Positions 39,566-52,030 of a DNA stretch of 64,000 nt are shown piece after piece. Each line of letters starts with the position of its first letter. Within the stretch, counting starts at the first letter, position 1. Made by a program: the position numbers and the translations under genes. The stretch spans positions 24,926,001 to 24,990,000 of the forward strand of contig CM052818.1 in the NCBI GenBank assembly GCA_028534125.1, in the 5' to 3' direction. Below the pieces are notes generated by a model. The model saw nothing but the letters and a program-made list of their open reading frames with translations. It did not search any database and was not told the DNA's origin. The DNA is from Lama glama. Lineage: Eukaryota.

Positions 39566-42500
39566 AAAATACTTTCTCCTATGAATAATCACTTCCTTTT
39601 TAACAAAAGCAGCCCTATTCTAAGTAACTTTGGTAAACCTCAATCAGTCCCTTTACTGAATGCTAAAACAAATTTCCCTTCCAGAAATGACTTACTCTTA
39701 TTTCATAAGCTCAATCAATTCTTTTGTAATCCAAAATATGCACCACAAAATGAATTCCATGGGTTAGTGTTCTAAGTGCTCTTTTTTTTTAAATTTTCTC
39801 TGCCTTCAGTATTGCCACTCAGAGCATGCTGCCTGACACAGACTCTTTTCCAGGGACTGGGACTGATGGAGAAAAAGGAGAAAAACAAAGTGCAAATCTA
39901 TTTTCACAATCAGATCTAGCATTCACAAGATGATTGCCAAGAAATAGATGTGGGTGACAACAGTTCCCTAATGAGGTCTAGCATCTTAACTGAGATGCCC
40001 ATTGTGTCTGATCCATTTGTTAAAGATGTCCACACTGCACGGACCACATGATGATTAAGGCGTAGTTCACCAAACCAGGCATTGTGACTGATGTTTTTTT
40101 TTAATGCATATGTGCAAATGCAAATTTGATTACAGGAATAATAATGCTTTCTTTAGTTTAAAAGGAGATGCTATTCCAGTATACATGTGGGGCTGGTTTT
40201 ACTCCAGCAGTGATACAGGTTGGATCGCAGGCCCCATATCCACTCCCCTATTAGAATCAAGGGATGTCTTCACAGTAGAGGGAGGGAAGAAAATTCAGTT
40301 TTGGGATACAGGACAAAGGCAATGGACATGAAATATATGTAGTCTCTTTGGAACCACCAGAAGAGCCTGCTGCAGGAAACCCCCCATTAAGAGTCCGTTC
40401 CACACAGCTTATGTGGCAAATGTTGGTAATTGTTGAATTGGAGGGGGGGCAAAAGCATCTATTCTATTCTCTCTATTTTTGTAAATTTGAAAATTTTCAC
40501 AATAAAAAGTCTTTTTTTTTTCTTTAAAGTAATCCTTTCCTTGGGAAGAAGCTTCCCAGAGTCTTGGTTTAGTGGTGATGCTCATCAAGGAAGCAGGGAT
40601 CAGTAGAGGGCACTGGACTTGAACTCAGGAGTCCATGGCCTCTAGTGGTCCAGCAACCTCTCAGGCCACCAAGCCTCGAGGATTCAGCCTTTCTTCACTC
40701 CCAGTTTGTTTCATATTCTCCCCTCCATTTGCTCACATCATATCCCTGAGAGTCCTTATCGTACTGTATTTCCTTTGTCTGCTTCCCCATTCCCTCAGGA
40801 ATACAAGAACTCCTTGAGAGATGGGATCACGACCCATCTAAGGCTGAACCTCCAACACTCGTCCAAAGCCTGCATGCATCCCGCACTCAGTGAATATCTG
40901 CTCAGCTAAGGAAAGAAGCAACTGACATTGATGAAGTATACACTTGTTAGCAGTACCCATTTCTTACTGTTGTAAAGATTAAGTGAGATCACTTAGCACA
41001 GCGACTGGTGTGTAGTAAGCACTTATTTAATAGCAGCTGCTTTAATGATTATCATTATTACTATGATCATTATTATCTACCTATCATATGCTATTAACTG
41101 TCACCTGAAAGGAAATGCTCACAGAGTTCCCAATCACACTGTTACTAAGCAGCAGAACTCAAACCTAAGACCATTGGTCGCCAAAGCTCATGCTCTTAGC
41201 TCGGCATCATTCTGATCGATTTCTCATGCCACTGCCCTAAATCAGTCTGTAGATGCACCTAAAAAGATCCAAAGGATCTCAGCTGTGGATTGTTATCCTC
41301 ACCAATAGGATGTCAGATTCTAGGGGCAAGACACCTGGCACCTTTCACGGCTGGAAGGAGGAGTCATCAAACTGTTCCAGGCGGCTTAAACTCAATTTAA
41401 TCCCTGAGTGAACAGAAAGAAACAAATAGCAGTCGCTATAGTTCATGTGGTTGAAATAAATGTATACTTCACTTGAGTCAGCAGTTTTCTCCTCCAAAAT
41501 GCATGAGTGTTAGTTTACTGTACATATACTTTTCTCCCTAGACTTAGTTTAATCATAACTATATCAAGTCACGTGGGGGCTGCTAGTCCAACAGCACAGG
41601 TTTGGATTAAATATTAAAAGAGCACTGGATACTTCAATAAAAACACTAAAAATAAAAATAAATTTTAAAAAGAGAACACTAGACTGAAAGAATTTCCTTT
41701 TCCTTCATCTGCATTTGAATTTCTTTTTCCCTAAGGAGCAGTGAATGGCAGCTGTCAGGGAAGACTAAAGGTGAGGTGGACTGGCGGGACAAGGGGTCCG
41801 GTAGGGGATAATCAGTCTATGAGTTCTGCCTAGTTCACTGACTTGGTGATCTCAGACAAGTCATCACTTCTCTTTATGCTTCCGTTTGTCCAGCCATAAA
41901 TGAGAAAAATAATTCACAGTGAGAGTCAGGAGTTTGCATTATGGAAGTACCCTGAAAACCCACGTAAGAGTTAATAAAAAGAAATTTATTATACACACAA
42001 ATCGCCACATTATATTACACCCCACGTTAAGAAGGTGCCAAGAAAACATGGATTTCCTAAGCTTCATTCTCATATGCCTTCCCAGCCCACAGCTGAAGAG
42101 GCAGCATCAGGGAGCCACAGCCAGCCATTCTCAGGCAGAATGCAGCCTCAGGGACAATTTGGCTCCCAGAGATCAGATATGTCCTCCTTGCAATGTGTTT
42201 TCCTTGTGAACTCAGCCAGGGACCTAGAACTGGACTTTCCGGACCAGCCCTCAGACACTCCTTTTCAAAATGTATTACCCAGATCATCAGATAAAATTGT
42301 AATTGCATCAAACAACCTAGACTAAACTCACACATGTAGCCTTCTGGGGACCACAGAGTGAAATTCAAAACTACCTCCCTGGAAAAGGAAGGGAAGCCCT
42401 TAAAAAACAACAAAATGAATCACTGATGTGGCAATAAAAGGTCAAAAGCAGGAGTGCATCAGATCCTGAGCGATTTGCCAACACCTTTGAAGTTCAGTGG

Positions 42501-43904
42501 TTTCACCTTCTTCCAAGTGTTGGGGCTTTCTTCAAAGAAGAGCAGCATGAAGAACCTTAAAGAGCTCCTGGGAAGTCAGATATGTCCCTCCTCATCAGCA
42601 ATAAGGATAATAAGAAACTTCCCTTCTAGCTAGTCCACACACGAAATAGTAAGTAGGAAAATAGTGGGGGAAACAGGACAGAGGAGAATTAACGAGGACC
42701 AGATGTTCAGAAAGCAAAAGAGAAATTTCAGGAACCTGAAGGTGATCTTTGAACAAGTTACTGACCTGGTAGGAAAGTCTAGAAATTGTGATCATAATGG
42801 AACACTGAGACAACTTCCTGAAAAAGTCCATAAGCCCTTTAATCAGGAACAAAAGAGAACAATGGATCAAAATACCCAGAAGAGCATCGCACCCAGCCCT
42901 AAGAGTGAGGGAGGGAAAATCTGTCTTCCCCTTTTGTGTGATGAACAAGGGCTAAACATAAGTAGTTGTGCACTGAGTTGACCAGTTGACTAAACACTAA
43001 ATCAACTCTACTGAGCACACAGAGTTGTCTTCAAATAACCCACTCATATGTTTAAGCTTCAGTTCAAGAATCCTAACCAGGTATTATTTACAGCAACAAA
43101 AACTGAAACTCACAGAGCCTAAATGCCACCTGACACCCACACTGGGGGATAGATCGTCCTAAATTGGAAATACCTGCGCACATGCTAGCACAAGGAGAAA
43201 ACGTGTCAACATCACGTAGAAATGACCATATCCAGTGTCCATGTTCCCTTGTTGGTCTCCAAAACTACTGCTCTTACCCCACATCACCTTCGTTGCCCGC
43301 TCCTCACCCTTTGCCCTATGAATAACAGTCCTGTTCCCAGAGTTTGCAGTAATCTGGTTAAAGTGATTTACATTAAACTATGAATTTTTGATTACCTTCA
43401 TCCTTCCAGAAGGATTTGCATTTTTACAATAGAAGACCCATTAACTTCAATTCATGTTCAATGTGAAGGTTTTCAGTTACATGTAGATGATCTTTTTTTA
43501 ATATCTGAGTGTTTCGGTAGAGGTACAAGGTATTGAAAGCAAATCAAGCAACTGCAAACCGAAAAGGAACCTGTGTTTCATTCCTGTGTCTCCCTGTGGA
43601 CCATTTTAACTGCTTCTTCATCCAGATGGCAGAGTAAAGCTTCCCCATGTTCTTGAGATTCCATGTTATGGTTCTAGAGACAGACTGGCTACCACTAAAT
43701 ACCACTTTCAATGTGCAGAGAGAGAGTCTGACTGACTGGCACAGCCTGGCTTCCTTTGTGGCCATGGACACGGGTGCGGCATCGCCCAGCTGTGAGTACT
43801 AGGGTCCTGACTGTGGGTAGGGAGTTGTGTTGGTGGGTACTGTGTAGGCTGAATGGGCATCCTAAAAGCTACCTGCTGCAAGAAGCCTTCCCACAGACCC
43901 TCTG

Positions 43905-44055
43905 AACCTGTGTTTTCCAAAGCTCTCTGAAGGTCGAATCATCAGACCCTCACCTGAAGAGTCTGAATCAGTGGGTCTCAGATGGAGCCTGGGAATGTCT
44001 ATTTTTAGTAAACACATCAGGTCATCTTCGTCACGAGGGGTGCTTGGGAAACCTT
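43905..44055. mobile_element. MER5-like hAT-Charlie MITE remnant
   Basis: tctgaatcagtgggtctcagatggagcctgggaatgtctatttttagtaaac..caggtcatctt..ttgggaaac. Confidence 0.55.
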
Positions 44056-44279
44056 GTTGACTTAAACCACAGAGGCTACTGCCTCTGAGCTGTGCAGCCG
44101 AGCCCACCAGCCTGCACTCCTCAAAATGTCCTGATTCTCAAGGAGCCTAATCTCTCTTTAGCATGATATCTTGGGAGTCTTCTATCCTGAATCATTTCAA
44201 AGACCCGGGAAGTAATTGTGAGGAGACTCAAAATTACCCACACTTCAACTTAGGTCAGGGTTAGGGTTAGGGAACAATG

Positions 44280-44830
44280 TGTTCAGTTTTTGCCTATCAA
44301 ACTGGCAAAGATAAAGAATAGTCCCCAGGGCTGGTGAGGTGGTGGGAAGGTTTGCTGCCTTGCTGGTGGAAGTACAAACTGGGATGGCTTTCTGAGAAGG
44401 TAACTTGGGTATGGTTTCTAAAGCCTTAACAGTGTCCACACTTCTCAACCTAGCAATTTTGCTTTTTAAGAATTTACCCTAAAAAATTAATTAAGACTGG
44501 GCACAAAAATGTATGACAGAGTTCATCACCACATTGACTATACTGGCAAATACCTGGAGGAAAGCACACCCAGCAACAGGAAATGGCTGAGCAAATGAAA
44601 GCAGGTGCGTACAATGGATACACTGCATTGTCACTAGAACTGAGGAGATATGCATACAATGGGTACACTGCATTGTCACTAGAACTGAGGAGATATGCGT
44701 ACAATGGGTACACTGCATTGTCACTAGAACTGAGGAGGCATTTATAGACAGGGAAGTACGTTAGCAAAGTATTCAGTTAAAAGAAAAAGTTACAAGAGGT
44801 ATGATCTCATTTTTATTTTAAAAAATTGTA
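44280..44830 (+). mobile_element. Ancient L1 (L1ME-like) ORF2-end fragment
   Basis: cctatcaaactggcaaagat..gctggtggaagtacaaactgg..ctagcaatt..aatttaccctaa..caacaggaaatggctgagcaaat..tacaatgg. Confidence 0.6.
44606..44737 (+). repeat. 45-bp minisatellite, ~2.9 copies
   Basis: Unit tgcgtacaatgg(a/g)tacactgcattgtcactagaactgaggagata starts at 44606, 44651 and 44696. Confidence 0.97.
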
Positions 44831-45594
44831 GTAGACTATTGGGGTATGATTCCATTATTTGGAATTACCCCCACAACCCTATTGAAGTGAGTGGCCTTCC
44901 TGGCCCTGTTTTTAATAACAACTTGACTTTGGCCAATTAATAACTTAGAATTCTCTGACAGGAAAATTAGAAATAATAGACACAAAACCCACAATTGCTC
45001 ACATGATCACTGATGTGTAAACTGAAGGATATTGTTGAATCAGGGCTGGAGGGGCCATTTTCATTCCCCTGCAAGCAGAGGAGCAGCGGAGAGAGCCTTG
45101 CCTGCAGGAAAGAGATGGGGAGGACAGAGGAACAGAATGTGTCCCTCGAGAGAGACTGTGATGAGTGGAAGGAGGCGTGTCACTGACTCCCTCCCCTCCG
45201 CACTTTTAAGTAAGTCCCCTTTCCTTGAGCTACCTTGAGTCATATAAGAGTCAACCTCCAAATGTTAAAACAGATATGATATCTGAAAGATGGTATTTTG
45301 GGTCTCAGTTTTGCTTTTTGGTATTTTTTTGTTTTAACTCATGAGATGAAAGGTCAGAAAGCCCACATGCCACCCAGGATCATCCCATTAACTGAGTGAC
45401 TTTGGGAAGTCATTCCACCGTCTAGATTCTGCGGGAATTTCAAGCAGGAAATTCTGGGCTTTCTGGGAAGAATAAAGAAAATTCGCAGGGATAGGACACA
45501 CAGAACACCCTGTCTGCCCACCATGTAGACAGCCCAAAACTGAAGTCAGGAAGACTGAATCATGTCCTGTATTTATGAAGCCAATGAGTGGCAG

Positions 45595-45780
45595 CCTAGG
45601 TGTGAATCCTGGTTCTACTACTTAGTGCCTGTGGGTTTGGGCAAACTGCTTAATTTTTTTATGTCCCAGTTTCCTTATCTGTAAAAGGGGATTTTTATAT
45701 TGCTTCCTTAGGACTGCTGAAGGATTAAAATAAGTCATAAAAAGTTCTTAGCATAGTGCCTAGAACATAAACAAGCATTA
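45595..45780 (+). mobile_element. MIR
   Basis: cctaggtgtgaatcctggttctactacttag..gggcaaactgcttaa..cagtttccttatctgtaaaagggg..cttagcatagtgcct. Similar MIR remnants lie near 2860-2960, 22640-22790, 24540-24660, 32860-33030, 38180-38330 and 60560-60760. Confidence 0.75.
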
Positions 45781-45854
45781 GTTGTGATCCCCAGATGCCC
45801 TGTTCAAGGAAGGGGGGTTCCTCCCTTTCCAAGAGACAGATTAATCCCCTAGGC

Positions 45855-45990
45855 CAGTGCTTCTCAAACTTTCAGTTGGCCTAGAAATCCCCTAAAGATG
45901 CGATTCACCAGGTCTAGGGTGGGTCCTGAGAATTTGCATTTCTAACTAGTTCTAGGTAAACCAATTACAGCTGATCCACCAATTGTAGTG
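45855..45990. mobile_element. MER5A-like MITE remnant
   Basis: cagtgcttctcaaactt...aggtctagggtgggtcctgagaatttgcatttctaac. Confidence 0.65.
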
Positions 45991-47364
45991 TTAACAATTC
46001 TGCCTCAATGAAACCCTAACACATAAAAGCTTTTCACACCCGTTTCCAATATGCAAAAGAACCCTCAATGAACTGGAAAGCATTAAGACTGGGGCCTTTT
46101 CGGTCCTTAGATGTTCTCATTACATTGAGGTTAAACACCACTATGTTTTCAGTTTTAGCTCCTAGAGTGACTATTTCGAAAATATACTATTACTTCACTT
46201 TTTGGCTTCGGTAGGTTCAGCACATAATTTACTCTTTCTCTGATGATTTGTAAGGCACTTCAGACCCTCGCAGCACTTCGGGTCATTATTTAGAACATTC
46301 ATTTTCATTGCCCGGCTCCGTAGACACAGAAGTTATGAGATAAGAAATTGGACTGAATTTGTTCAGAGCCAGAGCATAGGCTGGACTCTGGTGAAGGGTT
46401 TTACGTGTTTCTACTAACTCTTTGGAGTGAGCGTCTCTTCTCGCTGTAAAGTGCAATGAAGCCTGCTATTCTGGTTACTTGAAGAGCCCAATCGTGCTCC
46501 AGATAGCTGAGTTTTAGACAGTGCTGCAGACTAACACCCTGGGGTGTGGCCAGGGACTCCCTGCCCTTCTGCAGAGGGCATTAACGGAAGCATTTAAGAC
46601 CTTAAGGACCCCAGGAGTCCTTTCACCTCATCACTTATGCAAATACTCCTTTTTTCTCAGTCTTGTCTTAACCAAGAATTAGGGCAGCTTCATAGCCATT
46701 TCTCAAATAAATAGACTCAGGATTGCTACTTACTGAACACTTAGGAAACCTGTGTTTTTCTTTAGCTTGTGGTGATTTTACAGAGGATTTCTGCTCCATT
46801 CAGTAGTCATTTCTCAAGCTGTTTCAAACTCTATTAGAAACCACGTGAACCATATCTTGCCTTGCCTGGCTTTTTTTCTCAGTTTGGTTCTATTTCCTTC
46901 CTTCTCCATTCCCTCTACCTTTCTTTCCCCCTCTTTCTTCTCTCTTTCAGGCACTCTTACTGAGGCAGAATGCGTGGTGGTCACGCTTACGGAGAAGGTG
47001 GCATCCTCTCCCAGCCCCACTGTTTCCCATGTTTGTCTTCTGAGGTTTCTCTGTTAACACCAGTTCTATTCTTGTAGGAAAACTTGGTCTCTTTTTGATA
47101 TATTTAAGTCAGGCCCCATTTCTCCCGGATGTTTCTCTGACTCCGAATCTTTCTGAATGTCTGCGGGTCTCAGCACGCAGACATACTTCCCCAAGATTGC
47201 TGACAAATGCTGCTCTTGGAGCCTGAGACAGATCACATCTGGCCCTCCCTTCCATCAACAGGCATGGGTGTGAGTGTTTGCTTGTACAGCCCTGCAGCAC
47301 CACCAGTTCCAACCCAAAATAAACACTAATGCAACTCCAGAAGCTCTGAAGGATCATGTAGATT

Positions 47365-47685
47365 ACTGCTATCCAATAGAAATTGTGAGCCACATTCTAT
47401 TTTAAATGTTCGAATAGCCACTTTTTTTAAAAAGTAAAGGGAAACAGGTAAAATTCATTTTAATGATATACTTTAACCCAATATATTAAAAATATTATCA
47501 TTTCAACAAGTATTCAGTGTAAAAAGTTATCAGTGGAATAGGTATTTTACATTCTTTTTTTCACACTAAGTCGTCAAAATCCAGTGTGTGTGTTACACTG
47601 ACTGCACATCTCACCTCGGACCGGCCACACTACAACAGCTCAATAGCTGAAGGTGGGTACCGATTCCCACACTGGAAAGAGTAGA
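47365..47685. mobile_element. MER33-like hAT-Charlie MITE
   Basis: tccaatagaaat..tgagccaca..tagccac..aaagtaaa..aaacaggtaaaatt..aacccaatatat..actaagtc..aaatccagtgtg..gcacatctca..tcaatagc. Confidence 0.75.
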
Positions 47686-49746
47686 ATGTAGATGTTGGCT
47701 GTGATTTTCGTAAAGGAGCAGGGTGAGAGGTTTTACAAGCATATCATAAAGGCTGCGTCCTTAAAAATCTTTCTTAGACAACTCTCCACCCAAGGCAATT
47801 GCTAAGCATCTCTCATAGGGCTTCCCTCCACTCACCCCCTCTCCTCTTTGTTCTTCTCTCTCTTTTCCCTCCTCCTTCTCATCTTGCCATCCCTGCCCTA
47901 GGCCCCCGACAGTGCAAACACTTCTCTGACTGCTTTTCCTCCAAGAATTAGTCCTCTTGGAAATGCAGTGAATGCAATTGTCGATTTCGTTTGCTGATTC
48001 TTAAAGGTTCCTGGTGCAGCCGGCACCAGCTCACCAGTCTGCTGGGTTTCTCGCGGGTGCCTGGGTGAGTACAAGTGATCCCCAGCCGGAAACAGATGAG
48101 CCACTCTTCAGATGCGTGGGGACTTCACCAAGGCAACCAAATCTGCCTGCAGTGAAAACGCTCCTGCTAACCAGCCCACTTTTCAGAGCCTGTCTCAGGA
48201 CCGCTGCCAGCACTGCAGCTCTAACAGGAGAGTTAAGGGGAAGAAAAAGGATTCTGCTCCATGGCAAACACCGTTCCCCACCTCCCACACTCAGAGTCTT
48301 GGGACTGAGAGGGTAGGGAACACTGAGACAAAGCAACACTCCCTGGACCCCAGTTTTATTACATCAAGCTGCAGGGGTTACAGAATTAATCATGATTTGT
48401 TTGTACAACTATTCTGTCAACACCAATTATATCTACTCTTTGCTTCTCTGAGATTCAGATGTGCTGCCCCTCAAAGACGATACTGGCTGAGTTACAGCTT
48501 CCAGTGGTGAGGGTGGTTTTGCTTACATTCAGCCCAGTCCTCCCTAAGATTCCTTTTGAAACGCATAGTTTTAAATCATTTGGTTGGAATGAAGATGGCA
48601 AACCTGGCTCATAAGATAGACCCTCTACCTACGGAAAATAGGTACACATAATAGCATCTAGAAAAGTAGACTTGACCGTCTGGGGGCACAATCACACCTA
48701 ACTGAATGAACCCTCGTTTTACTATGTCCACGCAAAAGATATGATTGGACCATGCAAGATCTACCCCCAAATGACCCAAATTTTCACAGGAATCAGAATC
48801 AACTCAGACTCCCAAGGTTCATCCAGACCGAAAGAGGCCTAGAGCTAATCTAGTAAACCCCTGACGTTTTCTCAGCCAACACAGTATTGGCAGAAATGGG
48901 TCATCCAGGGAGAGCATGGATTTGAACTGTGTTCAGCCCAGCGTCTTTTACCTCATATCAGTCACTCAGAGAAACCTTGGGCTGAAGACTTGGCTACTCT
49001 TGATACACCCTCTTGTATCTAAACACTAACAAATATCCAAGAAATAAATTCTTCTTTTCATCTTTTCCCAGCTGAATCGAGTCATTCTAACGCTGAATGG
49101 CTTTTTAATATCTCTGACACACTCCTCCTCCTGCGTCTGCCAATAGTATAATGTATTATTTGGCTGGTGATATTCTCATTTCTCTTCTCAACTCAGCAGC
49201 CAGAACTGCTTCTCCCGACTTGGCAGAAGTTGAGGATGTCCATTCTTGCTGACTTTTGTGCCTGTTCATTGCCAAAATCCATAATAGTTAAGGTTTTAAT
49301 TTTGTTCTCAGTTGTTTTGTGTGTGTGGCCAGAAATTCATTATTTTCCAGATTTACTCTATAGTTTATAAGTACCTGACACAGGTCTCTACTTCCCTGCA
49401 ATCCTCAAGAAATAGGAAATTGTCAAGTGGGACAAGTTATACAAGAATTCTACACACAATGTAATTAACTGAAAGGTGTTTTGTGGTCGCTGTTCTTGTT
49501 GTCATTGTCAAACACAAGAGCATCTCCTCCTGTGTGTGGTACACAATCATAGTTTCCTCTGAGCTGGTTCACTTAATGATACTTCTCTCTGCTGATCTGG
49601 ATGAATAATAACTTCAGACAGCTGTGGTACAGTGGAAAATGTGTCAATGAACTGGACTCTGCCACTAGCTAGATGTGTCCTTGGAAAGTCATTTAATAGC
49701 TGTAAACCACATTTACATTCCTCCATTAAAACAGATTAGATTTGAT

Positions 49747-50064
49747 CAATGGTTCCCAAGGTGCAGGTCCCTGGGAGTCTCCAAATTCATGGGATCTCCA
49801 AATCCATGTGCATACTTAGCAGGCTATAGATGAAACAAATGATATGTTTCACTCATATAGGTATTGTTTCAAATATATGTAATTGCTGTTCTGATTAACA
49901 AAGTTTAAATTCATGTAAATGATTATTGAATTCACAGAGGCATACTGTCATTATATACCTTCTCAATCCATCAATACTACAAGTTTAAGTGCTACTGAAT
50001 GGGAATCCAAGAAATGTTGATGTTGAAAAAGTTCTCTCAGTTGAAAAGGCTTAGAAACCTCTGT
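49747..50064. mobile_element. Possible hAT-Charlie-derived MITE remnant
   Basis: Imperfect terminal inverted repeats caatggttcccaa ... ttagaaacctctg around an AT-rich interior. Confidence 0.4.
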
Positions 50065-50999
50065 GGTATAATGAACTGTAAGATCCTTGTCAGCAGTAAA
50101 ATTCTGCGTCTAAACATTTCTATTTTGACAGGGGGTCTCCCATACTCAGACTCAAGGCCAGTAAAGGAAATAGCTGGGCATGGGGCAGACTTGGAGTAAC
50201 TGTCAACTCGCCCATGCAGATCAAGAGCTCCCTCTGGTCACACTGTACTGTAATTAACTGCAAAAGCTCTTGCAGCAGGGAGGAAAATTCCAGAAGGGGG
50301 CTATTACTGTCTTAGAAGATTTCTTGAAACTTCTTTTTTCTCTTCTCTGTTCCATTTAACTGTTGACTCACTTCTGGCTGTCTGTTTCTGGAATAGGCAA
50401 TCTATATCAATTATGGCAGCCAAACTTGAAGCAAGTGGTCTACTCTCATTTATAGCCTGAGTATTTTAACTTAAAATAGGAAGTCTTCAAAATAAGCATA
50501 TGCAAACACTAAGCAAATTATACCCAAACCACAAACTACTTCTTTGGGGAACCATCTAATTCTTTTTCACCTTAATATAAGCCTTAGGATAATCCTGATG
50601 GTGAGAATTATTCCAAGGATGGAGGACTATATACTTATTTATGTAAGAAGCAAAGTTCAGTGATTATAAACATAAAAGGACATGAATATCTTTTAAAGAA
50701 ATAAGGAGGGGACAACTTACTTATTATGAGTTCCTTGAAGGATGTTTATCTTTGCTCCCTGTATCCTAGCATTTATGGTTGTTGTTCTATTTGTTAAATG
50801 GTGAATTTCTTGAATATAAAAAGAAGCATTAAAATTGGAAGAGAATCTTAACTGCCCTTCAACTAGAAAGTATTGAAAATAATCAATCACAGACTGTGAA
50901 ATTAATATAAATAATACAGAATTGAAGAATATTTATGTGAATGCATTTTCTAAGAGCTTGGGGAAAAAATGGGTAAGGAGCCAATAGAACTGCCAGAAC

Positions 51000-52030
51000 A
51001 TATCACTGTAAGGTGATAGATAGCAGTTTTTCCAACTGTCTCAAAATTGACGTTTTGGGAACCGGTTTATCAGATCACATGTGGAGTTAGTAAACCACTG
51101 CAGGAATAGGACGCAGATGAAAATGTCAGAGGAATGACCCGAAGGGACCATTTGCTCCAATCTAAAGATGCCAGAGAGTAGTAGGCACTAAAACTCTTAG
51201 GTGAGGAATGAGGCAAAATGATTAAAAAGAGAGTTAGGTCAAGATACGAAGTCAATTTAGGTAAAAAGAAAACAGCTGACTTAAAATGTTTTAAAAGAGA
51301 GATGGCATTGGTGAGTTTGTGATATATGACTAAATGGTTAGCTTGACAACAAAAAGAAACTTCGGCCAGAGTATTATTTACAGAAACAACAAAAGTGGAA
51401 ATGAACTTTTTTTTTTTCAGTAAACAGTATGTATCTGGCACCATTCTAAGCACTTTACTTTCTCATCTAATTCCATCTTCTCAATTATGCCAGTACTTAT
51501 GGACAAGGAGATCCCATTCGATGGGTGAGGTTGGAAAAGTTTGCCCCCAGGTGACCCAACCAGAGAGTGGCAGGGTAAGGATGAGAAAACAGGATTCTGC
51601 CCTGACCGGTGTTCAATATTACAATGCTCCCATTAGAGATCCTAATGGAAACAAAAAGAGCAAGGGGTTTGGGGAACAAGAGGAGAAATGCCTTTGTGAA
51701 AAGTTCAGGAATGACTACTAAACCCTAGCTAGCTACACATGAAAGAAAGGTGAAATGGTCCACCCTGTAAAGCAAGGGGACAGAGCATCATCTGAAAAGG
51801 AAGGGGAGGAAGGCGTTAGTAGCAGAGGCCACTGACATTGCAATGTACTGTTTACAAGATTTTCGCAAAAATTCTACTGCAGTGGCTGACAAGAATAGCC
51901 AAAGGCATGATTTATGCAATCTGGCAGTCTGCCACTGAGAGGAGGGAAAAGAGCTGACAGTTGGTGAACTTAAGAGAAGTCACAAGAAGTGGGTGCAAAA
52001 GAAATTTACTAGATTTTGAGCAGGGAAAAG
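51000..52030 (+). mobile_element. Decayed non-LTR retrotransposon ORF2 fossil, Tx1-like (L1 superclade)
   Basis: Manual translation. Frame +2: FWEPVYQI (51053), VRSRYEVNLGKKKTA (51233), KKGEMVHPVKQG (51743). Frame +1: II*KGRGG, RPLTLQCTVYKIFAKILLQWL (51826-51888), Q..QLVNLREV, LLDFE (52006-52020). The motifs are collinear with L1/Tx1 ORF2 linker and RT motifs. Confidence 0.7.
51415..51630 (-). mobile_element. MIR inserted within the Tx1-like fossil
   Basis: tatgtatctggcaccattctaagcacttta...aagtttgcccccaggtgacccaacc..agtggcagggtaaggatgagaaaacagg matches the MIR core antisense pattern. Confidence 0.6.

Noticed and set aside
44606..44737. CRISPR-like array
   Set aside because: Head-to-tail tandem units with no unique spacers, no cas genes, and eukaryotic context.
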